NCBI GenBank assembly: GCA_963828165.1
Contig: CAWHDR010000001.1
Coordinates: 160,001-224,000, forward strand
Source: an uncultured Chloroflexia bacterium
GTDB taxonomy: Bacteria; Chloroflexota; Limnocylindria; Limnocylindrales; CSP1-4
DNA length: 64,000 bases
Direction: 5' to 3'
The notes under the pieces are model-generated. The model searched no databases. It saw only the letters and a list, made by a program, of their open reading frames with translations, and was not told the origin of the DNA. Position numbers and translations under genes: made by a program. This document shows positions 9,736 to 19,198 of this stretch, piece after piece (the stretch's first letter is position 1; each line of letters begins with the position of its first letter).

Positions 9736-9908
9736 CACGGCGCTTCGGCCGTGCGCGCACGCGCACCCCGATCACGCTGGCGATGACCACCTGACCGCGG
9801 ACGGCCACCGACGCGTCGCCGATGGCGCTCGACGACTCCGTCAAGTCGGCGGTACGGTCCCGCACACCCAGTCTTGGATCGGGCGTTGGCGACATCGGAA
9901 GGAGGGAG

Positions 9909-10224
9909 ATGGCGGGTCGGGTCAAGGCGGCGCTGGGCAGTCTAGCCTTCCTGGTCGTGGCCCCCGGCGTGGTCGCCGGCCTGATCCCCTGGCTTCTGCC
10001 GATTCGTCCGGAACCCGATGTACGTGGCGGTCACCGCCCTGATCTTCGGCCAGGCCGTACTCTTCGCTGGCTGGGGCGTGGCCCTCTACGGGGTCGTCAT
10101 CGCGGCGGCTTTCCACACCTTCGTGCGTGTCTATGAGGAGCCGCCCCTGCGCGGGGCCCATGGCGAGCGATACGACGCGTATTGCGCCGTCACTCCCCGC
10201 TGGATCCCCCGGTTCAGGCGCTAG
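9909..10224 (+). pseudogene. Isoprenylcysteine carboxylmethyltransferase/PEMT family, internally deleted
   Basis: N-terminal MAGRVKAALGSLAFLVVAPGVVAGLIPWLL jumps in another frame to RNPMYVAV...VYEEP.L...GERYDAYC..TPRWIP; the middle TM segment is missing. Confidence 0.7.
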
Positions 10225-10266
10225 GCCGTCAGCGGAAATCCCGACCACAAGGAAGGAGCACGAAGC

Positions 10267-10920
10267 ATGTCGCTCGCCCGCGTCCAGTTCTTCTCGGTCT
10301 CGCTCGACGGTTTCGGCACCGGCGACGTTCAGAGTCTCGACGCACCGTTCGGCCATGCCGGCGAGCGGCTTCATGAATGGATGTTCGTCACCAGATGGTG
10401 GCACGAGCGGGTCGGCGAGCCCGGCGGCAGCGGCGGCATCGACGACGCCTTCCTGCGACTGCACGATCAGCGGATCGGCGCCGAGATCATGGGTGCCGGG
10501 AAGTTCGGCCCGCCTGGGTGGCACGAGGACCCGGAGTGGAAGGGGTGGTGGGGTCCCAACCCGCCGTTCCACACACCGACGTTCGTCCTCACGCACCACC
10601 CCCGTCCCTCGGTCGAGATGGAGGGTGGTACGACGTTCCACTTCATCGACGCGTCGCCTGCCGAGGCGCTCGAGGCGGCTCGCGAAGCCGCCCGGGGCCA
10701 GGACATACGACTGGGCGGAGGCGTCACGATGATCCGCGACTTCCTGGCTGCCGGGCTGGTCGACCACCTGCACATCGCGGTGGTCCCGATCCTGCTCGGC
10801 CGAGGCGAACGCTTATGGGATGGACTTGAGGGGCTCGACAAGGACTACGAGATCGAGGCCACCTCCTCTCCCAACGGCGTGACGCATGTGACGTTCACCC
10901 GGGCGGTGTCTGAACCGTAG
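10267..10920 (+). CDS. Dihydrofolate reductase-like (RibD C-terminal) protein
   Basis: FSVSLDGF, GWWGPNPPFHTPTFVLTH, LGGGVTMIRDFL, VPILLGRGERL; GGAG RBS. Confidence 0.9.
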   Translation: MSLARVQFFSVSLDGFGTGDVQSLDAPFGHAGERLHEWMFVTRWWHERVGEPGGSGGIDDAFLRLHDQRIGAEIMGAGKFGPPGWHEDPEWKGWWGPNPPFHTPTFVLTHHPRPSVEMEGGTTFHFIDASPAEALEAAREAARGQDIRLGGGVTMIRDFLAAGLVDHLHIAVVPILLGRGERLWDGLEGLDKDYEIEATSSPNGVTHVTFTRAVSEP

Positions 10921-10925
10921 CGGGG

Positions 10926-11094
10926 TCAGGCAGACTGGCCGCTCAGTGCCCCGATCAGTTGGCGTGCCTGCTCGCCATCCTTGCGGTTCGGGGTGCTGGT
11001 GGTCCGCGACGATCCCGCAGTACACGTCGTGGATCGCCTGGCTCATCCTGGCGACGTCGGCCAACGCGATCCCGTCCTCGCGGAGAGCTGCCAT
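10926..11094 (-). pseudogene. Small hypothetical gene, apparently frameshifted
   Basis: MAALREDGIALADVARMSQAIHDVYCGIVADHQHP continues as NRKDGEQARQLIGALSGQSA* if one base is removed from the G4 run near 10990. Confidence 0.35.
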
Positions 11095-11233
11095 CGCCCC
11101 ATCGGCAGTCCGTGCACGCGGCCAGGTTGAATCAGCACGGGCGTCGCTTCCCGCTCTCCATCTTCGAGATGCTCACGACGACCAGGCGTTCGCGCGTCGC
11201 AGGGTTCTTCGTGGAATCGACCCGGCGTACGCC

Positions 11234-12457
11234 TCAGCGGACAAGGTACGTCGTGTGCCGGCCGAAGCCCTTGATGTCGACCTCGCGCGCCTCGACGTCC
11301 ACGAGGTCGCCCAGCAGCTCCCGGGTGGCGGCTGAGATCTGGATCCGGCCCGATAGACCGGACGACTCCATGCGCGATGCCAGGTTGACCGCGTCGCCCC
11401 AGATGTCGAAGAGGAGTCGGCGTTGGCCGATGACCCCTCCGACGACGGGTCCGCTGGCGACACCGATCCGGATCTGGAGGTCGGCGTCGAGCCGTTGCCG
11501 AACGTCGGCCATACTCGCGATCATCGCTCGAGCCAGCGCGAGGGCTGCCGCTGCATGATCGTGTCGCGGAACGGGGGCACCAGCGACCGCCATATAGCCA
11601 TCGCCGATCGTCCGGATCTTCTCGAGCCCAGACGCCTCGGTCAGCTGGTCGAATGCCGAGAAGATCCCATCGAGCACCGCCACCACCCGATCCGGCGAAG
11701 TCCGCTGGGCCCAAGGCGTGAAGCCCACGATGTCCGCGAACAGGATCGTGGTGTCGAGGTAGGCGTCGGCGATCCGCCGTTCGCCGTGCCGCAGGCGGAA
11801 TGCGATGGCGGCAGGGATCGCGTTCGTCAGCAGCTCGTCAACCCGGGCCTCCGCCGCGAGCCGTCGAATGTCCGTGTAGCGCAGGAGCAGGAAGGTGATG
11901 GCCAGCGGCAGCACGGTGTTCTGTACCTGCCCGAACACGGTGAGCGCATATGGCGACGGCCCGGCCCAGGCGCGCGCCAACGGATCCAGGACGACCATCA
12001 AGGCGACCAACGCAAGGTAGACCACGAACCACCTCGCGGCCCGTCGAGGCCCCAGGGCCAGGATCGCGTAGCCCGGCACGAGGAACGCCCAGACGAGGCC
12101 GGTGCTCGGGCCCGTGATGCCGCCACCCAGGAAGTTCGCCGCCGGCACGAAGACGACCCCGGCAAGGACGAGGGCGACGACAAATCGCTCGAAGACGCCG
12201 GTCTTGGCGAGCACGACCAGGTTCACCAGGCTGAACGCCGATAGGGAGATCCCGATGACCCAGGCGATCTGCGCGTCTGGAACTTGGAGTGGGAGGGTCA
12301 GCGGCGCGATGATCGTCAGCAACCCGGCGGCAACGCCGACCCGCTTGCGGCGCCGGAGATCGTCCTCATCGCCCGGTTCATCCGCGATCGACAGCAGCCG
12401 AAGAACGCTGTTCGAGAGGCGGCGTCGCCACGACCGGTCGATCGCTGGTTCCGTCAT
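11234..12457 (-). CDS. Membrane-anchored adenylate/guanylate cyclase
   Basis: About six TM helices, then LLTNAIP, ILFADIVGFT, EKIRTIGDGYM, FDIWGDAVNLASRMES. Confidence 0.9.
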   Translation of the reverse strand: MTEPAIDRSWRRRLSNSVLRLLSIADEPGDEDDLRRRKRVGVAAGLLTIIAPLTLPLQVPDAQIAWVIGISLSAFSLVNLVVLAKTGVFERFVVALVLAGVVFVPAANFLGGGITGPSTGLVWAFLVPGYAILALGPRRAARWFVVYLALVALMVVLDPLARAWAGPSPYALTVFGQVQNTVLPLAITFLLLRYTDIRRLAAEARVDELLTNAIPAAIAFRLRHGERRIADAYLDTTILFADIVGFTPWAQRTSPDRVVAVLDGIFSAFDQLTEASGLEKIRTIGDGYMAVAGAPVPRHDHAAAALALARAMIASMADVRQRLDADLQIRIGVASGPVVGGVIGQRRLLFDIWGDAVNLASRMESSGLSGRIQISAATRELLGDLVDVEAREVDIKGFGRHTTYLVR

Positions 12458-12731
12458 GGAGCGATCGTAGCCCTGCAGCCCCTCTGGCCTGGTACTCGAC
12501 CGGCAGGCTCTCGAAGAGCTGGTCCGAGGCGTCGATCCACGGACAGGCAGGGGCTGCCGTCGCAAGACCACTGATAGGAAACGACCCGACCGGCGCCTTT
12601 CGCGTGACGGGCCCATCTCGGATGATCGGTTCAGCGGGCCGGTCCGCCTGACATTGACTCGATCGTGAGCGGGAATTGGATGCGTGGAGCCCGAGCCGTT
12701 CGGTGGCATCGCAAGGGAGGAGGGACGAGGG

Positions 12732-13919
12732 GTGCAGAAGGGTGGTGCAGACGACAACCCGAGCCTCTCTGCCCCGCTGCGCATCGGGGTCCTTTCGCCG
12801 CCCATGCTGCCGATCCCGCCTGCCCGGTACGCGGGCACGGAGCGAATCGTTGCCGCCCTTGTCGATGGCCTGCATCGACGTGGGCATCGCGTCACCCTGT
12901 TCGCGCCGGGCGACTCGCAGGTGGATTGCGAACTCGTGCCGACCATCCCGGATAGCCTCTGGTCACGCGGCTACCGAGGCGACCTGAGTCCGTACCTCAA
13001 CATCACATTCGCGAAGGCCTGGTCCAGGGCGGCCGAGTTCGACATCCTCCATTCCCACCTGGACGCGGTGGGTCTGCCATTCGCTCGCTGGTGTCCGACG
13101 CCTGTCGTGTCGACCCTCCATGGCCGGCTGGACGCCGCCGGCCACGCAGCCCTGCTCGACGAGTTCGATGACGTCCCGCTGGTCGCCATCAGCGATAGTC
13201 AGCGTCGCTGGTCCCCACACGCCAACTGGGTGGCGACCATCCCGCACGGCCTGGACCTATCCGGTGTGCCCTTCCGATCAACCGGCGGTCGCTATCTAGC
13301 CTTTGTCGGCCGCATCGCGCCAGAAAAGGGCGTCGCGGATGCGGTCGCGCTCGCGAGGGCGACCGGAATGCCGCTGAAGATGGCCGCCAAGGTCTACGAC
13401 CAACGAGAGCACGAGCTGTTCGCCGAGGTCATCGCTCCAGCGATCGACGAGGGTGTCGTCGAGTTCCTCGGAGAGGTCGGCTCTGCCCAGCGCGACGAGC
13501 TATACGCCGGTGCGCTGGCCACGCTGATGCTTGGGGCGTGGCCGGAACCGTTCGGCCTGGTCGCGATCGAATCGATGGCGACGGGGACACCGGTCATCGC
13601 GCGCCGCGCCGGCGCCCTGCCGGAGATCGTCGAACATGGCCGTTCCGGCTTCCTGATTGACGACCTCCAAGAGGCGGTTCTGGCGGTCGAACGGGCGAAG
13701 GGCGTCGACCGCCGACAGGTGCGCCAACGGGCACTGGGACGATTCTCAGTGGCGAACATGATCGACCGATACGAGCGGGTGTACACGGCGTTGCTCGGGA
13801 GCGGCGTACGCACGCCAGCTGAAACGGGGCCGATCCCGGTCATGGCCGATCGCCGAAGCTCGCGCAACCGCGAAAAGGAAGCGCTCTTGGAAACGGCCTC
13901 TCGCCTCGAGGCCAGCTGA
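12732..13919 (+). CDS. Glycosyltransferase family 4
   Basis: PIPPARYAGTERIV, FVGRIAPEKG, WPEPFGLVAIESMATGTPV. Confidence 0.92.
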   Translation: MQKGGADDNPSLSAPLRIGVLSPPMLPIPPARYAGTERIVAALVDGLHRRGHRVTLFAPGDSQVDCELVPTIPDSLWSRGYRGDLSPYLNITFAKAWSRAAEFDILHSHLDAVGLPFARWCPTPVVSTLHGRLDAAGHAALLDEFDDVPLVAISDSQRRWSPHANWVATIPHGLDLSGVPFRSTGGRYLAFVGRIAPEKGVADAVALARATGMPLKMAAKVYDQREHELFAEVIAPAIDEGVVEFLGEVGSAQRDELYAGALATLMLGAWPEPFGLVAIESMATGTPVIARRAGALPEIVEHGRSGFLIDDLQEAVLAVERAKGVDRRQVRQRALGRFSVANMIDRYERVYTALLGSGVRTPAETGPIPVMADRRSSRNREKEALLETASRLEAS

Positions 13920-13963
13920 GGCGGTCGGTCCCCAGATCACGTCGGCGACAAGGGAGGACACGT

Positions 13964-16084
13964 GTGCCAATGCCGTTGAGCCCGGCTCCGGTAAAAGGTC
14001 GCGCGGTCGACGCGCTCCCGCCGTACGTGTCGAATGGCCTCGTGGGAATGCGCTGCCCCGGTGTCCCGAACCTTCGAGGGACCACCATCGTGGGCGGGTT
14101 CGCGGGCCTCGACCCGGGCGACGGCGTCGAGGGGTTCGCGCGCGCGCCGTATGCGGTGGCCACGGACGTCCAGCTCAACGGTGTGTGGGCATCGATGGCG
14201 CCCGAGTGGATCCGAACCCTCGAGCAGCGCTATGACTTCGCGTCGGGCGAACTCCATACGACCTGGCAATTCGTCGTCGAGGGAACGACGGCGACGGTGG
14301 AGACGTTGGTCTTCTGCCCCCGTTCGATCCCGACCATCGTTGCCTGTGAGGTCGTCGTTCGGCTCGACCGTCCCGCGGACCTCGCGATCGTCGGAGGCCT
14401 GGATCCCTCGGACGTGCCCGGCTTTGCGGATGCCCGAGCGCAGCCGCAGGACCAGGGCCCCAATGAAGGCGTCGACGGACGACTGCGCTGGCATTCGGCC
14501 GGCGACATCGCGACGCTGGGCATCGCCTACTCGACCTCGCTGGAAGGAGACGCGGGTGCGGAGCGAAAGACCAAAGCGAGCGACGAACGGGGTTGGTTCT
14601 CCACTGCTTACGAAATGCGAGCGCGTACTGGCCGGCGATACGCCCTCCACCTGCTCACGGCGCTCGTCCCGGATCTGTCTCATGCCCGGCCGGACGAGCA
14701 AGCTGGTCGGATGGCCGCCATCGGAGCCGAGCAGGGTTTCGATCGCCTTCGCCGCGAGAATCGCGACATCTGGACGGAGGCCTGGCGGGGCCGCATCGAG
14801 ATCGACGGCGCCGACCGTCGCTGGCAGGCCATCACGGACGCCAGCCTGTTCTATCTGTTGAGCTCGGTCCACGCATCGTCGCTTGCGAGCACGTCTCTGT
14901 TCGGTCTGGCGTATTGGCCGAACTACCACTACTACCACGGTCATGTGATGTGGGACATCGAGACCTTCACGGTCCCGCCATTGCTCCTGCTCGATCCGGG
15001 TGCGGCACACGCCTTGCTCGACTACCGGTTCCGGCATCTGCGGGCGGCGCAGGACCATGCGGCGATGCACGGATGGCGAGGAGCGATGTATCCATGGGAG
15101 GCTTGCCCGCTGCATGGAGAAGAGGCGACCCCGGGGGCTCGCCCATACACCGAAGATCACATCAGCGCCGACATCGCGCTCGCCTTCGCCGGCTACGTAC
15201 ATGCGACCGGAGACATCGACTACGCGCGACGGATCGCGTGGCCCGTCCTTCGATCGGTGGCCGACTGGATCGCGTCGCGAGCCGTCCCTTCTCGGCGCGG
15301 CTTCGAGATCCGCGACACCGTGGGCCCTCGCGAGCATTACGAGCGAGTCGACAACGATGCCTTCACGAACATGGCCGCCGCTCAGGCGCTGCGGGAAGCG
15401 ACGGCGTGTGCCCGGTTGATCCACGAGGACGCGCCGCGGGCCTGGCAGGCGATCGCGGACGGCCTCGTCCTCCCACGCAGCGGGCGACGCGGGGCGATCA
15501 TCAATCATGATGGATCCCGCCTCGACGAGGCTCAGGGCGGTGTGCCGGAAGGTGCCGCGGGGCTGTTCCCGGTGGGCTATCGCATGACAGAAGCGGCCGA
15601 GACAGCAACCTATCGCTACGCCGCCGTCGAGCAGGCCCCGCAGTACGTCGGTTCCCCGATGCTTAGCGCGCTGTTGCCCGTCTACGCAGCTCGGGCCGGA
15701 GAACCGGACCTGGCCAGTCGTCTGCTCGAAGCCGGCTACGGCGACTTCATCAACGAGCCGTTTCTCGAGCCCGATGAATACCCGAGATCGCGTACCGATC
15801 GGCCGAGAGCATCTCCGATGTTCGCCAACCTCAGCGCCTACCTGACGGGGTTGATGTACGGCTTCACCGGTCTGCAACTCGGCCACGATGAGCCCGAGTC
15901 GTGGTCGCGGCATCCCGTCCGCCTGCCTTCGGGCTGGCGCGCCATCCGTATCGGGCGTCTGTGGATCCGCGGGCGACCCTGGGCACTCGAGGCGCGCACC
16001 CGGGACGGCTCGTGCAGGTTGACTCCGATCGACGCCGAACGAGTGGACGCCCCACCGGGCGTGCCGGGACGGTCCGGCCCGTAG
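13964..16084 (+). CDS. Glycoside hydrolase family 65-like protein
   Basis: YVSNGLVG, YHGHVMWDIETF, GAMYPWE, EDHISADIA, VGPREHY..VDNDAFTN. Confidence 0.85.
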   Translation: MPMPLSPAPVKGRAVDALPPYVSNGLVGMRCPGVPNLRGTTIVGGFAGLDPGDGVEGFARAPYAVATDVQLNGVWASMAPEWIRTLEQRYDFASGELHTTWQFVVEGTTATVETLVFCPRSIPTIVACEVVVRLDRPADLAIVGGLDPSDVPGFADARAQPQDQGPNEGVDGRLRWHSAGDIATLGIAYSTSLEGDAGAERKTKASDERGWFSTAYEMRARTGRRYALHLLTALVPDLSHARPDEQAGRMAAIGAEQGFDRLRRENRDIWTEAWRGRIEIDGADRRWQAITDASLFYLLSSVHASSLASTSLFGLAYWPNYHYYHGHVMWDIETFTVPPLLLLDPGAAHALLDYRFRHLRAAQDHAAMHGWRGAMYPWEACPLHGEEATPGARPYTEDHISADIALAFAGYVHATGDIDYARRIAWPVLRSVADWIASRAVPSRRGFEIRDTVGPREHYERVDNDAFTNMAAAQALREATACARLIHEDAPRAWQAIADGLVLPRSGRRGAIINHDGSRLDEAQGGVPEGAAGLFPVGYRMTEAAETATYRYAAVEQAPQYVGSPMLSALLPVYAARAGEPDLASRLLEAGYGDFINEPFLEPDEYPRSRTDRPRASPMFANLSAYLTGLMYGFTGLQLGHDEPESWSRHPVRLPSGWRAIRIGRLWIRGRPWALEARTRDGSCRLTPIDAERVDAPPGVPGRSGP

Positions 16085-16357
16085 CCTCGGCGTGCGGCGC
16101 TGCCAGACGAAGGGGCCCGGCGTTCCGTCGAGGAGTGCCGCCGAACCCAGGTCGACGGCCGTCGCTCACGGCCCCCAGTGGGCGGGACGGCCGGCGCCGG
16201 TCGAGAGGTTACGGAGACCCACGCTGCGCCGTCAGTGCGACCGGCGGCGGCGGTATTTCAGCCCGATGACACCCGCCGCCGATGCTCGGCATCCCCGGCC
16301 GGCAGGCTGCCGTCGAATGATGCGCGGCTCACCCGTGATCGCGAAGGAGCGCCCGAT

Positions 16358-16732
16358 TCATGACGGGGCATCTCCTCGGCGCGGGATGGGCGTCTCGATC
16401 GCGGGGGGCAGGACCGGACCGCCTTCCACGCCACCCGATTGGATCAGCTCGGCCAGCCGATGCTTCGTGTAGTCGGCCTCGAGCTTCTGCGACTCGGCCG
16501 TGACGACGGCTTCCAGGTCGTCGTCGCAGGGCCGCTGCTCCCGTCGCCACTCCTCGATGTACTCCTCGTAGGAGCTCTTGCCGGCACGCGCGGCGGCCTT
16601 GTCGATGGCCACCTGGAAGCGAGGGTGGAGCACCAGCGTGCTCTGCCGTCGGCCGTCGCGGGCGAGGACCTGCGCGGGGATGTCGCGCCACCAGATGATC
16701 GTCAACGTGCCCATCGGGTCAGGCGCCTCCAC
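16358..16732 (-). CDS. 'Virulence factor' domain protein (small domain usually found beside corrinoid methyltransferase/MetF genes)
   Basis: TIIWWRDIPAQV...RFQVAIDKAA...YIEEWRR. Confidence 0.8.
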   Translation of the reverse strand: MEAPDPMGTLTIIWWRDIPAQVLARDGRRQSTLVLHPRFQVAIDKAAARAGKSSYEEYIEEWRREQRPCDDDLEAVVTAESQKLEADYTKHRLAELIQSGGVEGGPVLPPAIETPIPRRGDAPS

Positions 16733-17384
16733 GGATCGCGTTCTGGATGGTCGGGGCGAGATCCCCGTAGCCGGTCATCCGGCGCTCGAAGGCCAATCCC
16801 AGCGTCTCGGCCGCGGCCTCCGCTTTCGCGGTCAGCTCCTGATCGTCGGTCTGGGCGAGATAGACGAGCCGGCGATAGCTCCCGAAATAGTCGGACATGA
16901 GCTCCGGATGACGATCGAGGCCGAGTCCGACCATGACGATCGTCTCGAATTGTCGGGCGAGGAAGTCGGTCAGGTAGAAGGTGCCGAGCTCCTCGTCCTG
17001 CATCGCGGCGTAGGTGGCCGAACCCGCGTAGAACTCATAGCAGTGTGCGCCCGCGATTCGCTCCACGCCCTCGCGCTCGAGCACCTCGTCGAGCGCCCCA
17101 CCGGTGCCGCAATCCGCGTAGGCAACGAAGATCTTCACATCCGGACCGAATTCGTCCCGCGTCTTGACGATGCGCTTCGCGACCGCGTCCGCGATCAGGC
17201 TCGGACGCATGTGGAGACGGGCGTCGACGCAGTGGACCTTGACGCCGGGCAGGCCCTTCGTCAGGACGAGCAACTCGCGCGCGAGCGCCCCGCAACCGAT
17301 GACGACGACACGCGGCGCGACCGGCGATGTGGCCTCCTGGCCGAGCGGCGCTCTGCCGACTGTCATCGTCACGTCTTTGCTCAT
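16719..17384 (-). CDS. DUF1638 family protein
   Basis: VIGCGALARE, LHMRP, AYADCGTGG, GAHCYEFYAG, TFYLTDFLAR, YRRLVYLAQT. Confidence 0.88.
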   Translation of the reverse strand: MSKDVTMTVGRAPLGQEATSPVAPRVVVIGCGALARELLVLTKGLPGVKVHCVDARLHMRPSLIADAVAKRIVKTRDEFGPDVKIFVAYADCGTGGALDEVLEREGVERIAGAHCYEFYAGSATYAAMQDEELGTFYLTDFLARQFETIVMVGLGLDRHPELMSDYFGSYRRLVYLAQTDDQELTAKAEAAAETLGLAFERRMTGYGDLAPTIQNAIRGGA

Positions 17385-17391
17385 CCGCGGC

Positions 17392-17880
17392 CTACTGTCC
17401 GCCGTTCGGGCGCGCGCCCCGCGTGTAAACGAGCACCGTGCGCTCGTACGTGATCACCGTCTCGTCGCGTTGATTGAATCCGCGGGTCCGGACCCGGACC
17501 AGGCCCTGCCCCGGCCTGGATCGCGAGGGCCGAGCCTCGAGCACCTCGGACTCGGCGTAGATCGTGTCGCCGGCGAACACGGGCGCCGTCAGCTTCACAT
17601 CGTCCCAGCCGAGGTTCGCCACGGCGTTCTGACTGACATCGGGGACGGACAGGCCCGTCACGATCGCGAGGGTGAGCGTGCTGACCACGAGTGGGCGCCC
17701 GAATTCGGTCCGCGATGCGTAGTCCGCATTGAAGTGGATATCGTGCGTGTTGTTGGTGAGCAGGGTGAACCAGGTGTTGTCGGTCTCGCTGATCGTCCGT
17801 CCGTGGGCGTGGCGGTACACGTCGCCGACGGTGAAGTCCTCGAAGTAGCGACCCTCCCATCCGCGCGTCGGTTCACCCAT
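17392..17880 (-). CDS. MaoC-family acyl-CoA dehydratase
   Basis: GRYFEDFTVGD, GRTISETDN, N.HDIHFN, APVFAGDTIYAESEV. Confidence 0.9.
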   Translation of the reverse strand: MGEPTRGWEGRYFEDFTVGDVYRHAHGRTISETDNTWFTLLTNNTHDIHFNADYASRTEFGRPLVVSTLTLAIVTGLSVPDVSQNAVANLGWDDVKLTAPVFAGDTIYAESEVLEARPSRSRPGQGLVRVRTRGFNQRDETVITYERTVLVYTRGARPNGGQ

Positions 17881-19198
17881 GCCCTGCTCCTCCGTGGCGC
17901 GCGGCGAAGGCGAGCGACGCCTCGGGCGTTTCCGACTCGTCGATGACGTTCAGCAGGCGAGCGCGTTCCGGGTCGAAACGGCCGAGGGCCGTGGCTCGCC
18001 GAAGCACCACCCGCGCATGCCGATCCGTCGCGCGGTCGCTCATCACGCCGGCGATCATCGTGGCGCCCTGGTCCGCCGCGACCGCGGTGCCATATGCCTC
18101 CAGCTTGGCAGCCTCGTGTTCGAGGACCTCGTCCGAACCCATGTCGTCGGCGAGCAGGACGGCGAACAGCTGGGCGGGGTGACCGACCCACTTGCCGAGC
18201 ATCCCAAGCTCGCGCGCGCGGACCGCATCGTCGTAGACCAACCGCATCCGGTCGAGCCAGCGCGTCCGATTCGAGGTTTCGTCGAGCGTCGCATCGGTGA
18301 CCGGGTAGTCGAGGGTCATGCCGTCGATGGCCGGCACGCCGATCGCGCCGGCGACCGCCACGATCTCGGCACGCGCCCAGTCCGCGAGGAGATGGTCGTT
18401 GCGGATCGAGGGGAGCCCCAGGTCGGCGCTGTAGTCGGCCACGCCGAAGATCAGGCTCGAAAGGCGCGGCGCGGCGACGCTGGCGATCGCACCGAGTTGC
18501 GTCGCGCTCCAGCCCGATTCGATGAGCAGGCCGACCCGGATCGAACCGAACGGCAGGTCCAATGCCGCCTCGGCACGGGTGAGGAGATCGTCAAGGAGCT
18601 CGACCTCCTCGGGATGCTCGACCTTGGGAAAGACGATCCCGTCGAGCGGGAAGGCGCCCGATGGCGCCAGCTCGCGGATCCGCCACAGCAGGGTGTAGAG
18701 GTCGCGAACGGTGGTCTCGAGGTTGAACCCGGGCGGGCGGTAGAAGCGCAGCGTCGGCAAGCCGTCCGCGTCGCCCCAGTCGGCCTCCGTCAGCGTCATC
18801 GCGGCGACCGACATGGCACGGGCGGCCATCTCGTCACCGGGCGCGATCGCGTCCTCGCCATCGAGCATCACCAATGGCGCCCGGCTCGATCGCGCGAGCC
18901 GCCCCTCGACCATGGTCGTCGGCAGCTCGAGGCGCTCGGCGAGGTCCGCCCCCGTCAGACTCAGCCGGTCGAGCATCCTCGAAACGGGCGCCGTCCCGCT
19001 TTCGACCGCCTTGCGCGCCATCGAAGCGTCGGCCGCCGGTGTCGTGAGGTGCGCCTGCTGACGCCAGTATCGAAGCGGCAGATCCGCCTTTCGCGAGGCG
19101 AGCCGCCCACGCAGCGCGATCCGGTCTCGATCGCCACCGGCGATCGCCTCCCCGAGATCTGGGCGCGCCGACGAGACGTTCGTGCCCTGGCCGGTCAC
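17873..19198 (-). CDS. CitE/malyl-CoA lyase-like (HpcH/HpaI aldolase/citrate lyase family) with extensions
   Basis: MLDGEDA, GIVFPKVE, LLIES, IFGVADYSADLG, PAIDG, LGMLGKWVGHPAQ. Confidence 0.8.
   Translation of the reverse strand: MTGQGTNVSSARPDLGEAIAGGDRDRIALRGRLASRKADLPLRYWRQQAHLTTPAADASMARKAVESGTAPVSRMLDRLSLTGADLAERLELPTTMVEGRLARSSRAPLVMLDGEDAIAPGDEMAARAMSVAAMTLTEADWGDADGLPTLRFYRPPGFNLETTVRDLYTLLWRIRELAPSGAFPLDGIVFPKVEHPEEVELLDDLLTRAEAALDLPFGSIRVGLLIESGWSATQLGAIASVAAPRLSSLIFGVADYSADLGLPSIRNDHLLADWARAEIVAVAGAIGVPAIDGMTLDYPVTDATLDETSNRTRWLDRMRLVYDDAVRARELGMLGKWVGHPAQLFAVLLADDMGSDEVLEHEAAKLEAYGTAVAADQGATMIAGVMSDRATDRHARVVLRRATALGRFDPERARLLNVIDESETPEASLAFAARHGGAGHG

Noticed and set aside
13937-15913. 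Long antisense ORFs (658 aa here; also 19273-21264, 40121-41914, 49860-51575, 51870-53687, 57652-59235)
   Set aside because: Shadows of real genes on the opposite strand in high-GC DNA; no recognisable motifs
16358-16732. Pathogenicity role of the 'virulence factor' domain
   Set aside because: The domain name is historical; its usual context is C1/corrinoid metabolism
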